From Kiritimatiellia bacterium (lineage in GTDB: Bacteria > Verrucomicrobiota > Kiritimatiellia > UBA8416 > JABMPJ01), in the NCBI GenBank assembly GCA_030745755.1, contig JASLOA010000004.1, positions 3,462 to 67,461 of the forward strand: a stretch of 64,000 nt of DNA, given 5' to 3'. The translations under genes and the position numbers were made by a program. The notes under the pieces are model-generated. The model ran no database searches, was not told the origin of the DNA, and saw only the letters and a program-made list of their open reading frames with translations. Below, piece by piece: positions 18,901-27,155 of the stretch (within the stretch, counting starts at the first letter, position 1; every line of letters starts with the position of its first letter).

Positions 18901-21522
18901 ATTCCGACTGACGGCCAGTCCGTCGGCTGGATGCAATTCGACAGCAAGCGCGCCGGGCAAATACTCTGCCAGCAGAAAGTACATCTCCCGGTCTTCCGTG
19001 AGCAGATCCTCGCGCCCGCTGGCCTGGACATACTGGTGAGCGCACACCGCCATGTTCTCGCCAATGTTGGCGGAGGCATAGTCGCCCAGCCACGCATTGT
19101 TGTCACCGTGCGCAATGAACACCTCAAGCAGTCTCTTATCGAAATCGTCCGATATCGCGTTCAGTCCATTGTGAAGCTGATGCCCCATCTCGTGGAGCTG
19201 CAAGCCCCAATTCGGTATGCCTCCGTAGCTGCCGCAATTGAACCCGCGCGGCCTTGCCTTGCCCTCGAACGTGCCGACCGTGCTGCCCCACGGACCCGCC
19301 ATGTATTGGCGCCTCAGGTCCGCGCTCTTGCGCAGGAACATGCTGGTGCCATAGGTAACAGCCCAGAGGTCATCTTCGTCCGCACCGGGAGTACTGATGC
19401 TGGGATGGCCCATCCCCTCCATCACGCGCGCACCGGGACGACCGGGCTCGATTTCGTCGAAATAGGGCTCACTTACCGGCACGTCAGCCTCGGCCGTGAA
19501 GTAGTTCTTTGTCGTGAAGCTCCAGACGTCTCCGGGCGTGACCGTGTCATCCTGCTGCACACACTCGATCCGCCAGTAGTAGGTCCGTCCCGGCTTGAGT
19601 GCCCGGATGTTGTTGTAGCTGTTGCGGCCAACCTTTGCCAGCGGCTCGGTGGCGGCAAGCACGGCTTCTTCAGTTTCGGCGATGTAGAGGCGACGTTCCT
19701 TGGCATCGCTGTCATCCTTCCACCTGAAATCGCCCAGCAGGTTGACCGTGCTGCCGTCTTCGGGGAACGGCTCAAACGCCTGGCCCCTGGTCACCCGGAA
19801 CGACCAGAGGTCACCGGCAACCACAATCTTGCCGGCCGCATCAAGCTGATCGACACGCCAGTAGTAAATACGCCCCGGCTTCAGCTCCACATCCTCAGCG
19901 GCCTCCGCGGTGACTTCTTTGAGGAGACTCTTACTGTTCTCCACCTCGGCTTTGTCTGGCGAAAGATAGACGCGGTACTTTGCAACGCCCTTCGAGCCGG
20001 CCATCCAGCTCAACGCCACCTTCGTGTCGTTGTAGTCGCTGCCGTCCGCGGGACTCGCGCCGAAGGCACTCGTCAGATCGGCTTCCCGGCGCACATCAAG
20101 ATCATCGAGAGCGCGGTCATACAGCCGCGTGTCGCCGATGTAGCCGCGATACCAGCCCGACGGCCCGTCATACGCCGTATACCAACGGCTGCCCCAATGG
20201 ACACCCATGAAGAGATGCTGATCATCGTCACGTGGCAGAATCTTGCCCGGTTTGCCGTCCGCCGTGGCCGTCACGAACGAGCCCACGCCATTGGCCCACC
20301 TGCGCTGCTGGTTGCCGTAGTTGGCATAGTCCGTGTCGCCGCAGGCGAGCATACGATAGTAGTAGCGCCTGCCCGGTTCGAGGCCCTCGATCTTCGAAGA
20401 GAACGGCCCCGGGTTCACCCACCCGACTTTATCATAGTGCTCCCACATCCCTATGTGACGATGCTGCATCCAGTAGTGGGAATCGAACAGGCCCAGGTAG
20501 GTCACCACATAGGCCTGCTCGCCGCCTGCGGTGTTCAACTGCCCATTCAGCGTGACTGACGTGCTTGTGATCTCCGTCGGCTCGGCCAGCTCTGGGAGGC
20601 GGTCATACTTCACGGTGTGCTTCAGCACCCCGTTCTCATAGACCTTGAACTCGCCTTCAATGCCACCCGTATAGACGTAGGCCATATGCGTCCATTCAGG
20701 CACAGGAGCCTGAACATCGCGGCCCGGAACAGGGAAGTCCCCGCCCAGCCCTGCGATATAGCAGGAGCCCCAGTTCCGCGACAGTTTCCAGTCAATACTG
20801 GTGCCGTGATTGCCACCGAGACTGTGCCAACTCATCAGCACCTCCGGATCATCCCAATCCGGCTTCTCAGGATGGCAAATCCACGTCGAGAGCGTGAAGG
20901 GCTTGCCTTCAGCCAGTGATTTCGGCGCGAGCACGTCAGCCGTCATCCCGTTGTATTCCGGATCGATGTACCAGCGTGAGTAATCGAAGCGCACGCCTTT
21001 GCGGCCGTTGATCTCCTCAACAATCGGCGTCTTGTTCATCGAGTGAAACGCGCCGCCAAGTGCGCCGTTGTTCTTCCAGCTCTCCAGCGGGCCCAAAGGG
21101 AGATCAGCCGTCTTCATGTCCAACAGCGGCTTCTCGTCCGGCGTGCGCTCTATATCAAGCACCTCTTCCGGGAACTTCGCCATCCTGTTGAGGATATAGC
21201 CCAGGTCGCGCGCCGTGAAATGGAACAGTGGCACTTCCACAACATCGCCGTCAGCTTCCTTGATCAGGGCGCGGTTATTGTTTTTCACGCCGAGGAATGT
21301 GCCCTCGACCAGGGCCGCCTTATTGTGCGAATGCCAGCCAGTGTTGTCCCCGATGTTCTGGTCGAACGGCCGCGGCTCTGTATAGGCCTTCGTACTGACC
21401 CGCCTTAGAGTCTTTGGAACCGACGTGGCTTCGGCGGCGACACTGTGGATGGTCAGCGCCAGTAGCAGGGCGTAGCGTCCCAGACGAACGAATCGGCGAC
21501 GTGTTCTTGGTAATGGTTTCAC
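15952..21522 (-). CDS. Giant secreted multi-LamG protein with SHD1-like N-terminus, FN3-like YYWRVD repeats and anthrax-LF/M90-like zincin
   Basis: Signal peptide; VEGTFLGV..DGDVVEVPLFHFTARDLGYI; several W(T/H/Q)HxAxVY..GAIADL LamG units; HEMGH (19180-19194)...YASANIGENMA...REDLLTEDREMYFLL. Confidence 0.8.
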   Translation of the reverse strand: MKPLPRTRRRFVRLGRYALLLALTIHSVAAEATSVPKTLRRVSTKAYTEPRPFDQNIGDNTGWHSHNKAALVEGTFLGVKNNNRALIKEADGDVVEVPLFHFTARDLGYILNRMAKFPEEVLDIERTPDEKPLLDMKTADLPLGPLESWKNNGALGGAFHSMNKTPIVEEINGRKGVRFDYSRWYIDPEYNGMTADVLAPKSLAEGKPFTLSTWICHPEKPDWDDPEVLMSWHSLGGNHGTSIDWKLSRNWGSCYIAGLGGDFPVPGRDVQAPVPEWTHMAYVYTGGIEGEFKVYENGVLKHTVKYDRLPELAEPTEITSTSVTLNGQLNTAGGEQAYVVTYLGLFDSHYWMQHRHIGMWEHYDKVGWVNPGPFSSKIEGLEPGRRYYYRMLACGDTDYANYGNQQRRWANGVGSFVTATADGKPGKILPRDDDQHLFMGVHWGSRWYTAYDGPSGWYRGYIGDTRLYDRALDDLDVRREADLTSAFGASPADGSDYNDTKVALSWMAGSKGVAKYRVYLSPDKAEVENSKSLLKEVTAEAAEDVELKPGRIYYWRVDQLDAAGKIVVAGDLWSFRVTRGQAFEPFPEDGSTVNLLGDFRWKDDSDAKERRLYIAETEEAVLAATEPLAKVGRNSYNNIRALKPGRTYYWRIECVQQDDTVTPGDVWSFTTKNYFTAEADVPVSEPYFDEIEPGRPGARVMEGMGHPSISTPGADEDDLWAVTYGTSMFLRKSADLRRQYMAGPWGSTVGTFEGKARPRGFNCGSYGGIPNWGLQLHEMGHQLHNGLNAISDDFDKRLLEVFIAHGDNNAWLGDYASANIGENMAVCAHQYVQASGREDLLTEDREMYFLLAEYLPGALAVELHPADGLAVSRNDTVTRWENRGGLVNIQDLPDGTTRPVRDPESTGAFENLGDPSLETIDGVTAVLFDGDDAMLWNLDTKQGFQDNREWSVELWVNCGPEADGTQTILGWGPDSEGARLKVGPNTIAYQLNAGISGEVSGVALADGWHHVAWVFESGGLDDTEGKFLIYVDGKEIQRAKHKLALKPNVRMFVGGGVTDGQVVGGFKGAVAHVRAYNYDIDHEQVENHFADELAFYQRRVPPHVGGKLYVDIDTRFLSEVGAEYHRPLYSKRMNKPWLRSAANHGTLQGRIHNDIHSFWHYSGSAPKFQDVAGIPAPYFDGMDRMIGVIDAKGSAAAEGPVSGTLEAWVYSDAQSSDEVVLEWGKSFQLGAAHLQPGWQHMAMVFKGEAKKGKRMTDSARVSGKTEIYRNGQKVGEQDGVLWADDGDYLHLGGHYDRQRWNWRKSFNGAIAVLRVHQLALTAEQLAENSRNDFIAVPHKPVPADRGMAVASRRPALSWGKGLAGGDKEQVYLGDAPNAVKPVGVFAPGEFRPELAPGKVYYWRAGNGPLWSFTTREGVILDLEADQLSDGKLAAWNNRGKAGGTFVPATLGTTFALTAQEFRGRTGVQLAKGLRLESSFAAPDCLTNGPFTIYYDFGSRYGAAEQRIVSWGEAPDSTGIVLSGASGRPCLEWGKQGNRGRGEKSFNYPIGNAGLVCQWMKFAVTYENGIAKLYRDGRLLREEKVDYGIARAGRLTIGDAGEYGILRELRIFDKALSAGDIKKLTAGESAATRNLQVAINVGNARDGEAIGRIENTGKLNGQFGMSVDIDRSAEVKTLGGRKAVVFNGKAMLQSDITLPKGLTDDHPFTIEMWAYCDEDGDARLFAMNKEVARRHVSLGFGGRQRKALVKPSRAGVAWNTNRDVTGKWTHLAWVYDGGARTEVRVYRDGKLDGKSDFATMDTIGGYPMTIGGMLNPTEGAKYMFKGAIADLKAYDYPRTAAELERAAQGAGDGRAGR

Positions 21523-21567
21523 GGCAATTCCTTCTTTCTTCAGGCGGAGGATTCAGGTGTCCAACTT

Positions 21568-21653
21568 GCAGACAGAACCATAGTAACCGGCAGAGGCAGG
21601 GCCGGCCAATGTGCGAGTCCTGTATATTGTCGGCACATTTCCGACCTCGACGG
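21568..21653 (-). promoter_or_regulatory. Copy of leftward promoter half
   Basis: Near-identical to 6201-6286; perfect GTCGG-CACATTT-CCGAC at 21629-21645; TTGGCC-18-TACTAT on the minus strand. Confidence 0.85.
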
Positions 21654-21719
21654 CTCTGACCCGCCCCAGTTGCACGAGCGCTAACCTGCATATTTTACGA
21701 GTGCTCGTGAAACAGCAGG

Positions 21720-21888
21720 AATGACGAAACACCCAAGCAGCCAAATACCCAAATCCGAAGAGTCCTATCTGTAAGGCCTCTTGAATTTGCGGACCGTGGA
21801 TTCTTGCATGGGGCACTTCCAGAGGAGCTTTGGAGTTCGGAATTGGGAATTCCTTGGGTATTTGGGTACTTCGTCATTGGGTATTTCC
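21720..21888. repeat. Inverted array of short (7-8 bp) tandem repeats
   Basis: AATGACGAA..CCAAATACCCAAAT on the left, TTGGGTATTTGGGTACTTCGTCATT on the right; lies between the two promoter halves. Confidence 0.65.
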
Positions 21889-21951
21889 GAACACTTCGCC
21901 TCTCTGGTGAAATGTTCGGGCTAAGAGATATACCATCTGTAGAGTGCTGCG

Positions 21952-22049
21952 ATGTCGGAAATGTGACGTGAATCAACGGAACTGACCCCCTTGTTGAATA
22001 AGGCGGGACGATGATATAGTTCGAGTCTGACGAGAAGCGAGGAGTCACC
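21952..22049 (+). promoter_or_regulatory. Diverged copy of rightward promoter half
   Basis: Matches 6351-6446 (ATGTCGGAAATGT..ACGGAACTGACCCCCTTGTTG..GAGTCT..AGGAGTCA). Confidence 0.8.
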
Positions 22050-22208
22050 ATGTTCATGCAGGTTCACAGACAAATCGGCGCCGGCAGAGTCACGTTGTGT
22101 CTCGCGGCGGTTATCCTGTCGGTCGCAACGGCATTGTGCATATCCCCATGTTGCAAGCACCCCACCCCATCTATAGAATACGCCAATCAAGAATGTTCGC
22201 CAATATAG
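22050..22208 (+). pseudogene. 5' stub (signal peptide) of GDSL esterase
   Basis: MFMQVHRQIGAGRVTLCLAAVILSVATA vs parent MFMQVRRQIGAVGVTLYLTAILLSVATA; homology ends after about 28 codons. Confidence 0.85.
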
Positions 22209-22221
22209 GGAAATGTGAACG

Positions 22222-23310
22222 ATGCGGGGGAAAGTAGATTCCTATTTAGCTGGAATGAGTCTGGCGCGAAGACTGATGAGATCCTGGGTCTTCGTGAGCA
22301 TGATTGCTATACCGGGCTTGGTGTTCGCATGCTCTACACCGGTATTTGACTTTGCTCTGCAACACTGGGCGCCCGACTCCTACGGAATACAGGCATCACA
22401 CTCGGCAGAACCAAGTGGTGATGAGGCGGCGGCAATTGAACTTCTGACTGAAAGCGCGGCCGGTGCGAATATCAGCAATAGCTTCTCTATCGCATCTGAT
22501 GCACCACCGACCATCACCGTCTCATATCCCCGTTCAGCCCGGATACAGAAGCCTGTCTGGCAGGCACCGCTGACACTGAAGAGTGTTGAGAAGGTTGTGG
22601 GGTCACCCGTTCGCAAGATGTTGGTAGAGGAAATTGCCGCAGGTCGGTGCGCTGTCTGGTTGTTTCTCGAATCGGGCAACAAGGAACTGGATGACGCGGC
22701 GGAACAGAGGTTGCGAGCGTCACTGACCGAGTTAGAGAAGACGTTGCTGCTTCCCGAGCGTCCGGATACAGATGAGGCCGAAGGAATTGCGCCCACGAAT
22801 GCTGCTCGCAAAGCATCGTTTGCTGTAATACGCCTGTCACGCAACGACCCGGCTGAATCATTTCTTGTTAGCAACCTTTTGAATTCTGAATCCGATCTGC
22901 ATGAGTTCGCAGAGCCCATGGCGTTCCCTGTCTTCGGAAGAGGCAGGGCGCTCTACGCAATCGTGGGAAAAGGGATCAATGCGGATATCGTCGAGAGGGC
23001 TTCCGTCTTTGTGACGGGCTCGTGCTCATGCGAGGTGAAGAGCGGTAATCCAGGTGTAGATCTCCTTATCAGCGCGAATTGGAACGACGTCTTGACGAAA
23101 TTCGAGTATAAGGAAGATGCGCTGCCGCCGCTTACCGGAATAGCGAGTGGTGTGCCAGTGGCATCTGCTCCTGTTGCGGTAGAGGACGCAATAGCTTCCG
23201 ATGCAGGGGGAAACACCGCGAAGAACACAATCATTGCTCTTGCCGGGCTCGCGGCTCTTGTCTTCATTGGCAGTCTGATCGTCTTGTGGCGGGCAAAGAA
23301 ATCACAATGA
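22222..23310 (+). CDS. Exported protein with C-terminal membrane anchor, ABC-cassette associated
   Basis: N-terminal hydrophobic segment then ACSTPVFDFALQHW; PVFGRGRAL; CSCEVKSGNPGVDLL; C-terminal TM plus basic tail; start codon uncertain (22222-22280). Confidence 0.7.
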   Translation: MRGKVDSYLAGMSLARRLMRSWVFVSMIAIPGLVFACSTPVFDFALQHWAPDSYGIQASHSAEPSGDEAAAIELLTESAAGANISNSFSIASDAPPTITVSYPRSARIQKPVWQAPLTLKSVEKVVGSPVRKMLVEEIAAGRCAVWLFLESGNKELDDAAEQRLRASLTELEKTLLLPERPDTDEAEGIAPTNAARKASFAVIRLSRNDPAESFLVSNLLNSESDLHEFAEPMAFPVFGRGRALYAIVGKGINADIVERASVFVTGSCSCEVKSGNPGVDLLISANWNDVLTKFEYKEDALPPLTGIASGVPVASAPVAVEDAIASDAGGNTAKNTIIALAGLAALVFIGSLIVLWRAKKSQ

Positions 23311-24554
23311 ATATTCTGCACCTTACAACACGGGAAATAGCACACAGGAAGCTGAGCTTTGGCATAGGTGTGCTCTCCATAGCTATCGCTGTTGGCGCGT
23401 TGATGGGATCGCTGATCCTTCTAAAGGCACATGATCAGAGGACGGCGACGATCCTGCGTGAGAAGGAAGAGGCGTTGGTGCAGAACACCAAGGCGCTGGA
23501 TGACGATGTGCGCAGGGCTATGCTGAAGCTGGGTTTCAATCTTGTTATAATTCCTAAGGATCAGAATCTGGGTGACTGGTATGCTGATGACTACGCAGCA
23601 AAGTCCATGCCGGAAGAATATGTGACGCGTCTGGCAGAGTCCGGCATAGTTACGGTCCGACACTTCCTGCCCAGCCTCCAGCAGAGGATTACCTGGCCGG
23701 AGAAGAAACGAACGATCATTCTTGTTGGTACGCGAGGTGAAGTTCCTAACCTTCACAAGAATCTGGTAAAGCCGCTCGTTCAGCCGGTACCTGCAGGCAC
23801 CATCGTTCTCGGCTACGAACTGCACAACAGCATGGGCTTAAAGGAGGGGGATGAAGTAACACTGATGGGCAGACAGCTTGCTGTGCACCAGTGCTATGAC
23901 GAAAGGGGAACGAAAGACGATATCACTGCGTGGATAAGCCTGCCCGAAGCACAAGAGCTTCTGGACAAGAAGGGCAAGATCAACGCGATTCTTGCTCTGC
24001 AGTGTAACTGCCCCGGGTCAGAGATACATAACATTAGACGTGAGATTGCGAAGACTCTGCCTGACACTAAGGTTGTCGAAAGGGCTTCAAAGCTGGTGGC
24101 GCGCGAAGAGGCGCGGTATCGGGTGAAGGCCGAAGGTCGCGCTGCTCTGCAGAGAGAGATTGATGGGCGCAATACGCTCCGGCAGGAGCGCGAACAGCTG
24201 ACTGCTCTTCTTATTCCGATTATTATGATTGCCTGTGCTGCGTGGGTTGGTTTTCTTGCGTTCGGGAATGTTCGCGACCGCGAAGCGGAGATTGGCATAC
24301 TGCGCTCACTTGGCGTTGGGTCTATGAAGATTTTCGCCATCTTCCTGCTGCGCGCGGCTGCGATGGGTGTGGCGGGTGGCGCATTGGGTCTGCTGGCTGG
24401 ACTCGCTTTGGGTCAGAAGATGGCTGTCGATTCAGACGCACCAATGATCCTGCTGGCTCTACTCGTTGCGCCGATTCTTAGCCTGGTGGCAAGCTGGATA
24501 CCGGCGCTCATTGCGACGCAGCAGGATCCTGCAGAAATCTTGAGGAAAGAATGA
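23307..24554 (+). CDS. FtsX/MacB-type ABC transporter permease
   Basis: 1+3 TM layout; NVRDREAEIGILRSLG; DPAEILR C-terminus; ATGA overlap with the upstream gene. Confidence 0.9.
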   Translation: MNILHLTTREIAHRKLSFGIGVLSIAIAVGALMGSLILLKAHDQRTATILREKEEALVQNTKALDDDVRRAMLKLGFNLVIIPKDQNLGDWYADDYAAKSMPEEYVTRLAESGIVTVRHFLPSLQQRITWPEKKRTIILVGTRGEVPNLHKNLVKPLVQPVPAGTIVLGYELHNSMGLKEGDEVTLMGRQLAVHQCYDERGTKDDITAWISLPEAQELLDKKGKINAILALQCNCPGSEIHNIRREIAKTLPDTKVVERASKLVAREEARYRVKAEGRAALQREIDGRNTLRQEREQLTALLIPIIMIACAAWVGFLAFGNVRDREAEIGILRSLGVGSMKIFAIFLLRAAAMGVAGGALGLLAGLALGQKMAVDSDAPMILLALLVAPILSLVASWIPALIATQQDPAEILRKE

Positions 24555-25213
24555 CACTGAAGCTTGAGAATGTGACAAAGAGCTACCGGAAGGCAGGCGT
24601 AGATATAGACGCCGTGGATACTGTGTCTCTCAGCATTCAGCCAGGTGAATTCGCGTCGGTGACGGGCGCCAGTGGCTGCGGGAAGACAACGCTCTTGCTC
24701 CTGGTGGGCGGTCTCCTGCACCCGTCATCAGGGACAGTCAGCATCTGTGATATTGAACCTTACGGGCTTTCGTCCAATAAGCGCGCGCGATTCAGAGCAG
24801 AGCATATCGGGTTCGTGTTTCAGCAGTTCTGCCTCATACCATACCTTGATGTGCGTGAGAATATAGTCTCTGCCGCGCTGGCGGCCCGACACCCAAATGC
24901 CGAACTACGCGCTGAGGAACTCATGGAGCAGTTCAATTTGAGCGATCGGGCGAAGCATTTGGCGGAAGAACTGAGCACGGGCGAAAGACAACGCACCGCA
25001 TTGGCAAGAGCCATGCTGAACAAGCCAAAGGTGTTGCTTGCTGACGAGCCTACAGGGAATCTTGATGACGCGAATGCCGAAGTGGTCCTCAAAGCACTGG
25101 CCGGCTTCGCGGGGAATGGCGGCTCTGTGCTGCTGGTCACGCATGATGCGCGCGCCGCAGGCTATGCTGACACTACGCATCGTATGCAGGGCGGCAAGCT
25201 GTCAGTGGACTGA
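24551..25213 (+). CDS. ABC transporter ATP-binding protein (LolD/MacB-type)
   Basis: GASGCGKT, IGFVFQQF, LSTGERQR, LLADEPTGNLD, LVTHD. Confidence 0.95.
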   Translation: MTLKLENVTKSYRKAGVDIDAVDTVSLSIQPGEFASVTGASGCGKTTLLLLVGGLLHPSSGTVSICDIEPYGLSSNKRARFRAEHIGFVFQQFCLIPYLDVRENIVSAALAARHPNAELRAEELMEQFNLSDRAKHLAEELSTGERQRTALARAMLNKPKVLLADEPTGNLDDANAEVVLKALAGFAGNGGSVLLVTHDARAAGYADTTHRMQGGKLSVD

Positions 25214-25246
25214 TCTTAAGAAAAGGAGAGGACGCTTAGGGACGCT

Positions 25247-26717
25247 TAGGGACAGGCCAGCAGCACGCCAATCCTGCTCGTAAGAGCGGGTCCGCTGGAT
25301 TCTTGGTCATTCTGACCGTTTCAGGTCCTCCAGCATCCCAATTCAGGCATCTCTGCTGCAATCGCGGAAGGCCGAAATCATCATAAGTGCTTGATTATCA
25401 ACGACCGGCCTCGATCTTTGCAAAATCTTTACAACTTTTTTCCGGAAATCAGGGGTCGAGATTACTTCAAGGGGGTAGAGGGGCGCGCTGTCGCGTTCCG
25501 CGAAAACCCGAGGAGTAGAGCTATGAGAGTGTCCCGGATAAAGGAAGAAGGCGCCGCCCACTACCACATCATGTCCCGCATCGTCGATCGACAGATGCTC
25601 ATGAATCCCAGCGAGAAGGAGTACTTCCGAAAGCTGATGCGAGCCGTCGAGGCCTTCTCGGGCTGCCAGGTCATTACGCACGCCACGCTCAACAATCACT
25701 GGCACTGCCTAGTGCATGTCCCCGAACGGCAACCGGTTTCTGATGAAGAGCTGCTCATCCGACTGAGACACCTCTACAGCCGGACGGAGGTGCAGGGCAT
25801 TGCCCAGTCGATCCAGTACCACCGCGACAATGGCCATGAACAGGCCGCCGAAGCGATCAAGGCGCGTTACACCTGTAGGATGTATGACCTCTCCGAATTC
25901 GTCAAAACGCTCAAGCAGCGCTACACCCAATCCTACAACCGCCGGCATGGACGCAAAGGCACGCTATGGGAGGAGCGCTACAAGAGCGTACTGGTGGGCG
26001 GGCGCGGCGCACTACTCACCATTGCCGCCTACATCGATCTGAACGCCGTCCGCGCCAGAATTGTCGAGGACCCCGGCAGTTACCGTTTCTGCGGCTACGG
26101 CGAAGCAGTGGGCGGATCAAAGGCCGCCCGTGAAGGCATCATGACACTGTTCGAGCACCTCGACCACAAATCCGACTGGAAAGAAGCCGCCCGCCTCTAC
26201 CGCCAGCAGCTCTTCGTCCGCGGCGAACAGCTTGCCGAAGACCCCAAACCCGGATTCAGCCCCGAAGCCGTCCAGGCCGTCCTTGACGCGGGCGGCACCC
26301 TCCCGAAGGGACAGGCCCTGCGCTGTCGTGTCCGCTACTTCAGTGACGGGGTGATCCTGGGCAGCCGCAGCTTTGTGGATGAAGCCTTCAAACGGCATCG
26401 CGACTACTTCAGTCCCGATCGCGCAACTGGGGCGCGTGCCATGAAGCACGGGCAGTGGGAAGGATTATGCACGGCCCGCCGCCTGCGCATGAGCGTGATC
26501 CAGGTACCCCACCTGGCTTAGCCCGGTCGGGCCAATCACAACGGCCGCATCCACCGCCAACCTGGCCGGCGCCACCGGAGGTCTGCCCACAACCGGCGAT
26601 TCCGGCCGTGCTCCAGTGAGATCCCCCTCTGGGGAGTCGAAGTCGCCGGCAGATCAGCCACAAACCAGGCCCCACAGCCAAAATCCGCACGGCACCTTCA
26701 CAGCTGGCCTGTCCCTA
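25247..26717 (+). mobile_element. RAYT-type element bounded by perfect 15-bp inverted repeats
   Basis: TAGGGACAGGCCAGC (25247-25261) and GCTGGCCTGTCCCTA (26703-26717); GGACGCTTAG tandem duplication at the left end. Confidence 0.7.
25523..26521 (+). CDS. REP-associated tyrosine (HUH/Y1) transposase
   Basis: YHIMSR, NHWHCLV (HUH), YNRRHGRKGTLWEERYKS, YIDLNAVRA; GAGGAG RBS before ATG 25523. Confidence 0.9.
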   Translation: MRVSRIKEEGAAHYHIMSRIVDRQMLMNPSEKEYFRKLMRAVEAFSGCQVITHATLNNHWHCLVHVPERQPVSDEELLIRLRHLYSRTEVQGIAQSIQYHRDNGHEQAAEAIKARYTCRMYDLSEFVKTLKQRYTQSYNRRHGRKGTLWEERYKSVLVGGRGALLTIAAYIDLNAVRARIVEDPGSYRFCGYGEAVGGSKAAREGIMTLFEHLDHKSDWKEAARLYRQQLFVRGEQLAEDPKPGFSPEAVQAVLDAGGTLPKGQALRCRVRYFSDGVILGSRSFVDEAFKRHRDYFSPDRATGARAMKHGQWEGLCTARRLRMSVIQVPHLA

Positions 26718-26724
26718 CTCCCTT

Positions 26725-26849
26725 CGTTCCAGAGCGAGGATATGGCTATGGGTCCGGGTTGTCCCCGTCGAAGTCGGAAATGTGCCTGAAATATACAGGA
26801 CTCGCACATTGGTAGTCCTGCCTCTACAGCTTACAATCCTTCTGTCTGC
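26725..26849 (+). promoter_or_regulatory. Inverted copy of leftward promoter half
   Basis: Reverse complement of 6201-6326; site GTCGGAAATGTGCCTGA at 26773-26789; TTGGTA-17-TACAAT at 26809-26837. Confidence 0.85.
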
Positions 26850-26871
26850 GCGCTGGAAAACGAACGGAACG

Positions 26872-27018
26872 AGGCGCTAGTTAAGAAGGCATTAGGTGCT
26901 AGGCGTTAGTTGTTAGGGACCGAGGTCAGGAATTTGGGCTCGTAGGAGTCTACTAATGCCTAACGCCTAATGCCTAACTCCTTTCCCTGCTAGCGCTTAG
27001 CGCCTAACGCCTAACTCC
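26872..27018. repeat. Inverted heptamer tandem-repeat array
   Basis: TAGGTGC/TAGGCGT/TAGTTGT units facing CTAATGC/CTAACGC units. Confidence 0.75.
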
Positions 27019-27031
27019 TGGGGGAGAACAA

Positions 27032-27063
27032 CCTGCCCGCGGTGCTACAGCGTTGCAGGCGGG
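27032..27063 (+). repeat. CCTGCCCGC-type mini hairpin
   Basis: CCTGCCCGCGGTGCTACAGCGTTGCAGGCGGG; same start as 1105-1148 and as the reverse complement of 30446-30479. Confidence 0.5.
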
Positions 27064-27155
27064 CCAATCAGCTATAAGTACCTCATGAAACGCGGATTAG
27101 CCCGCAACCGGGGCAGGATTCTTGACAAAACGAAAACCACCATCAGGAGAGAACG

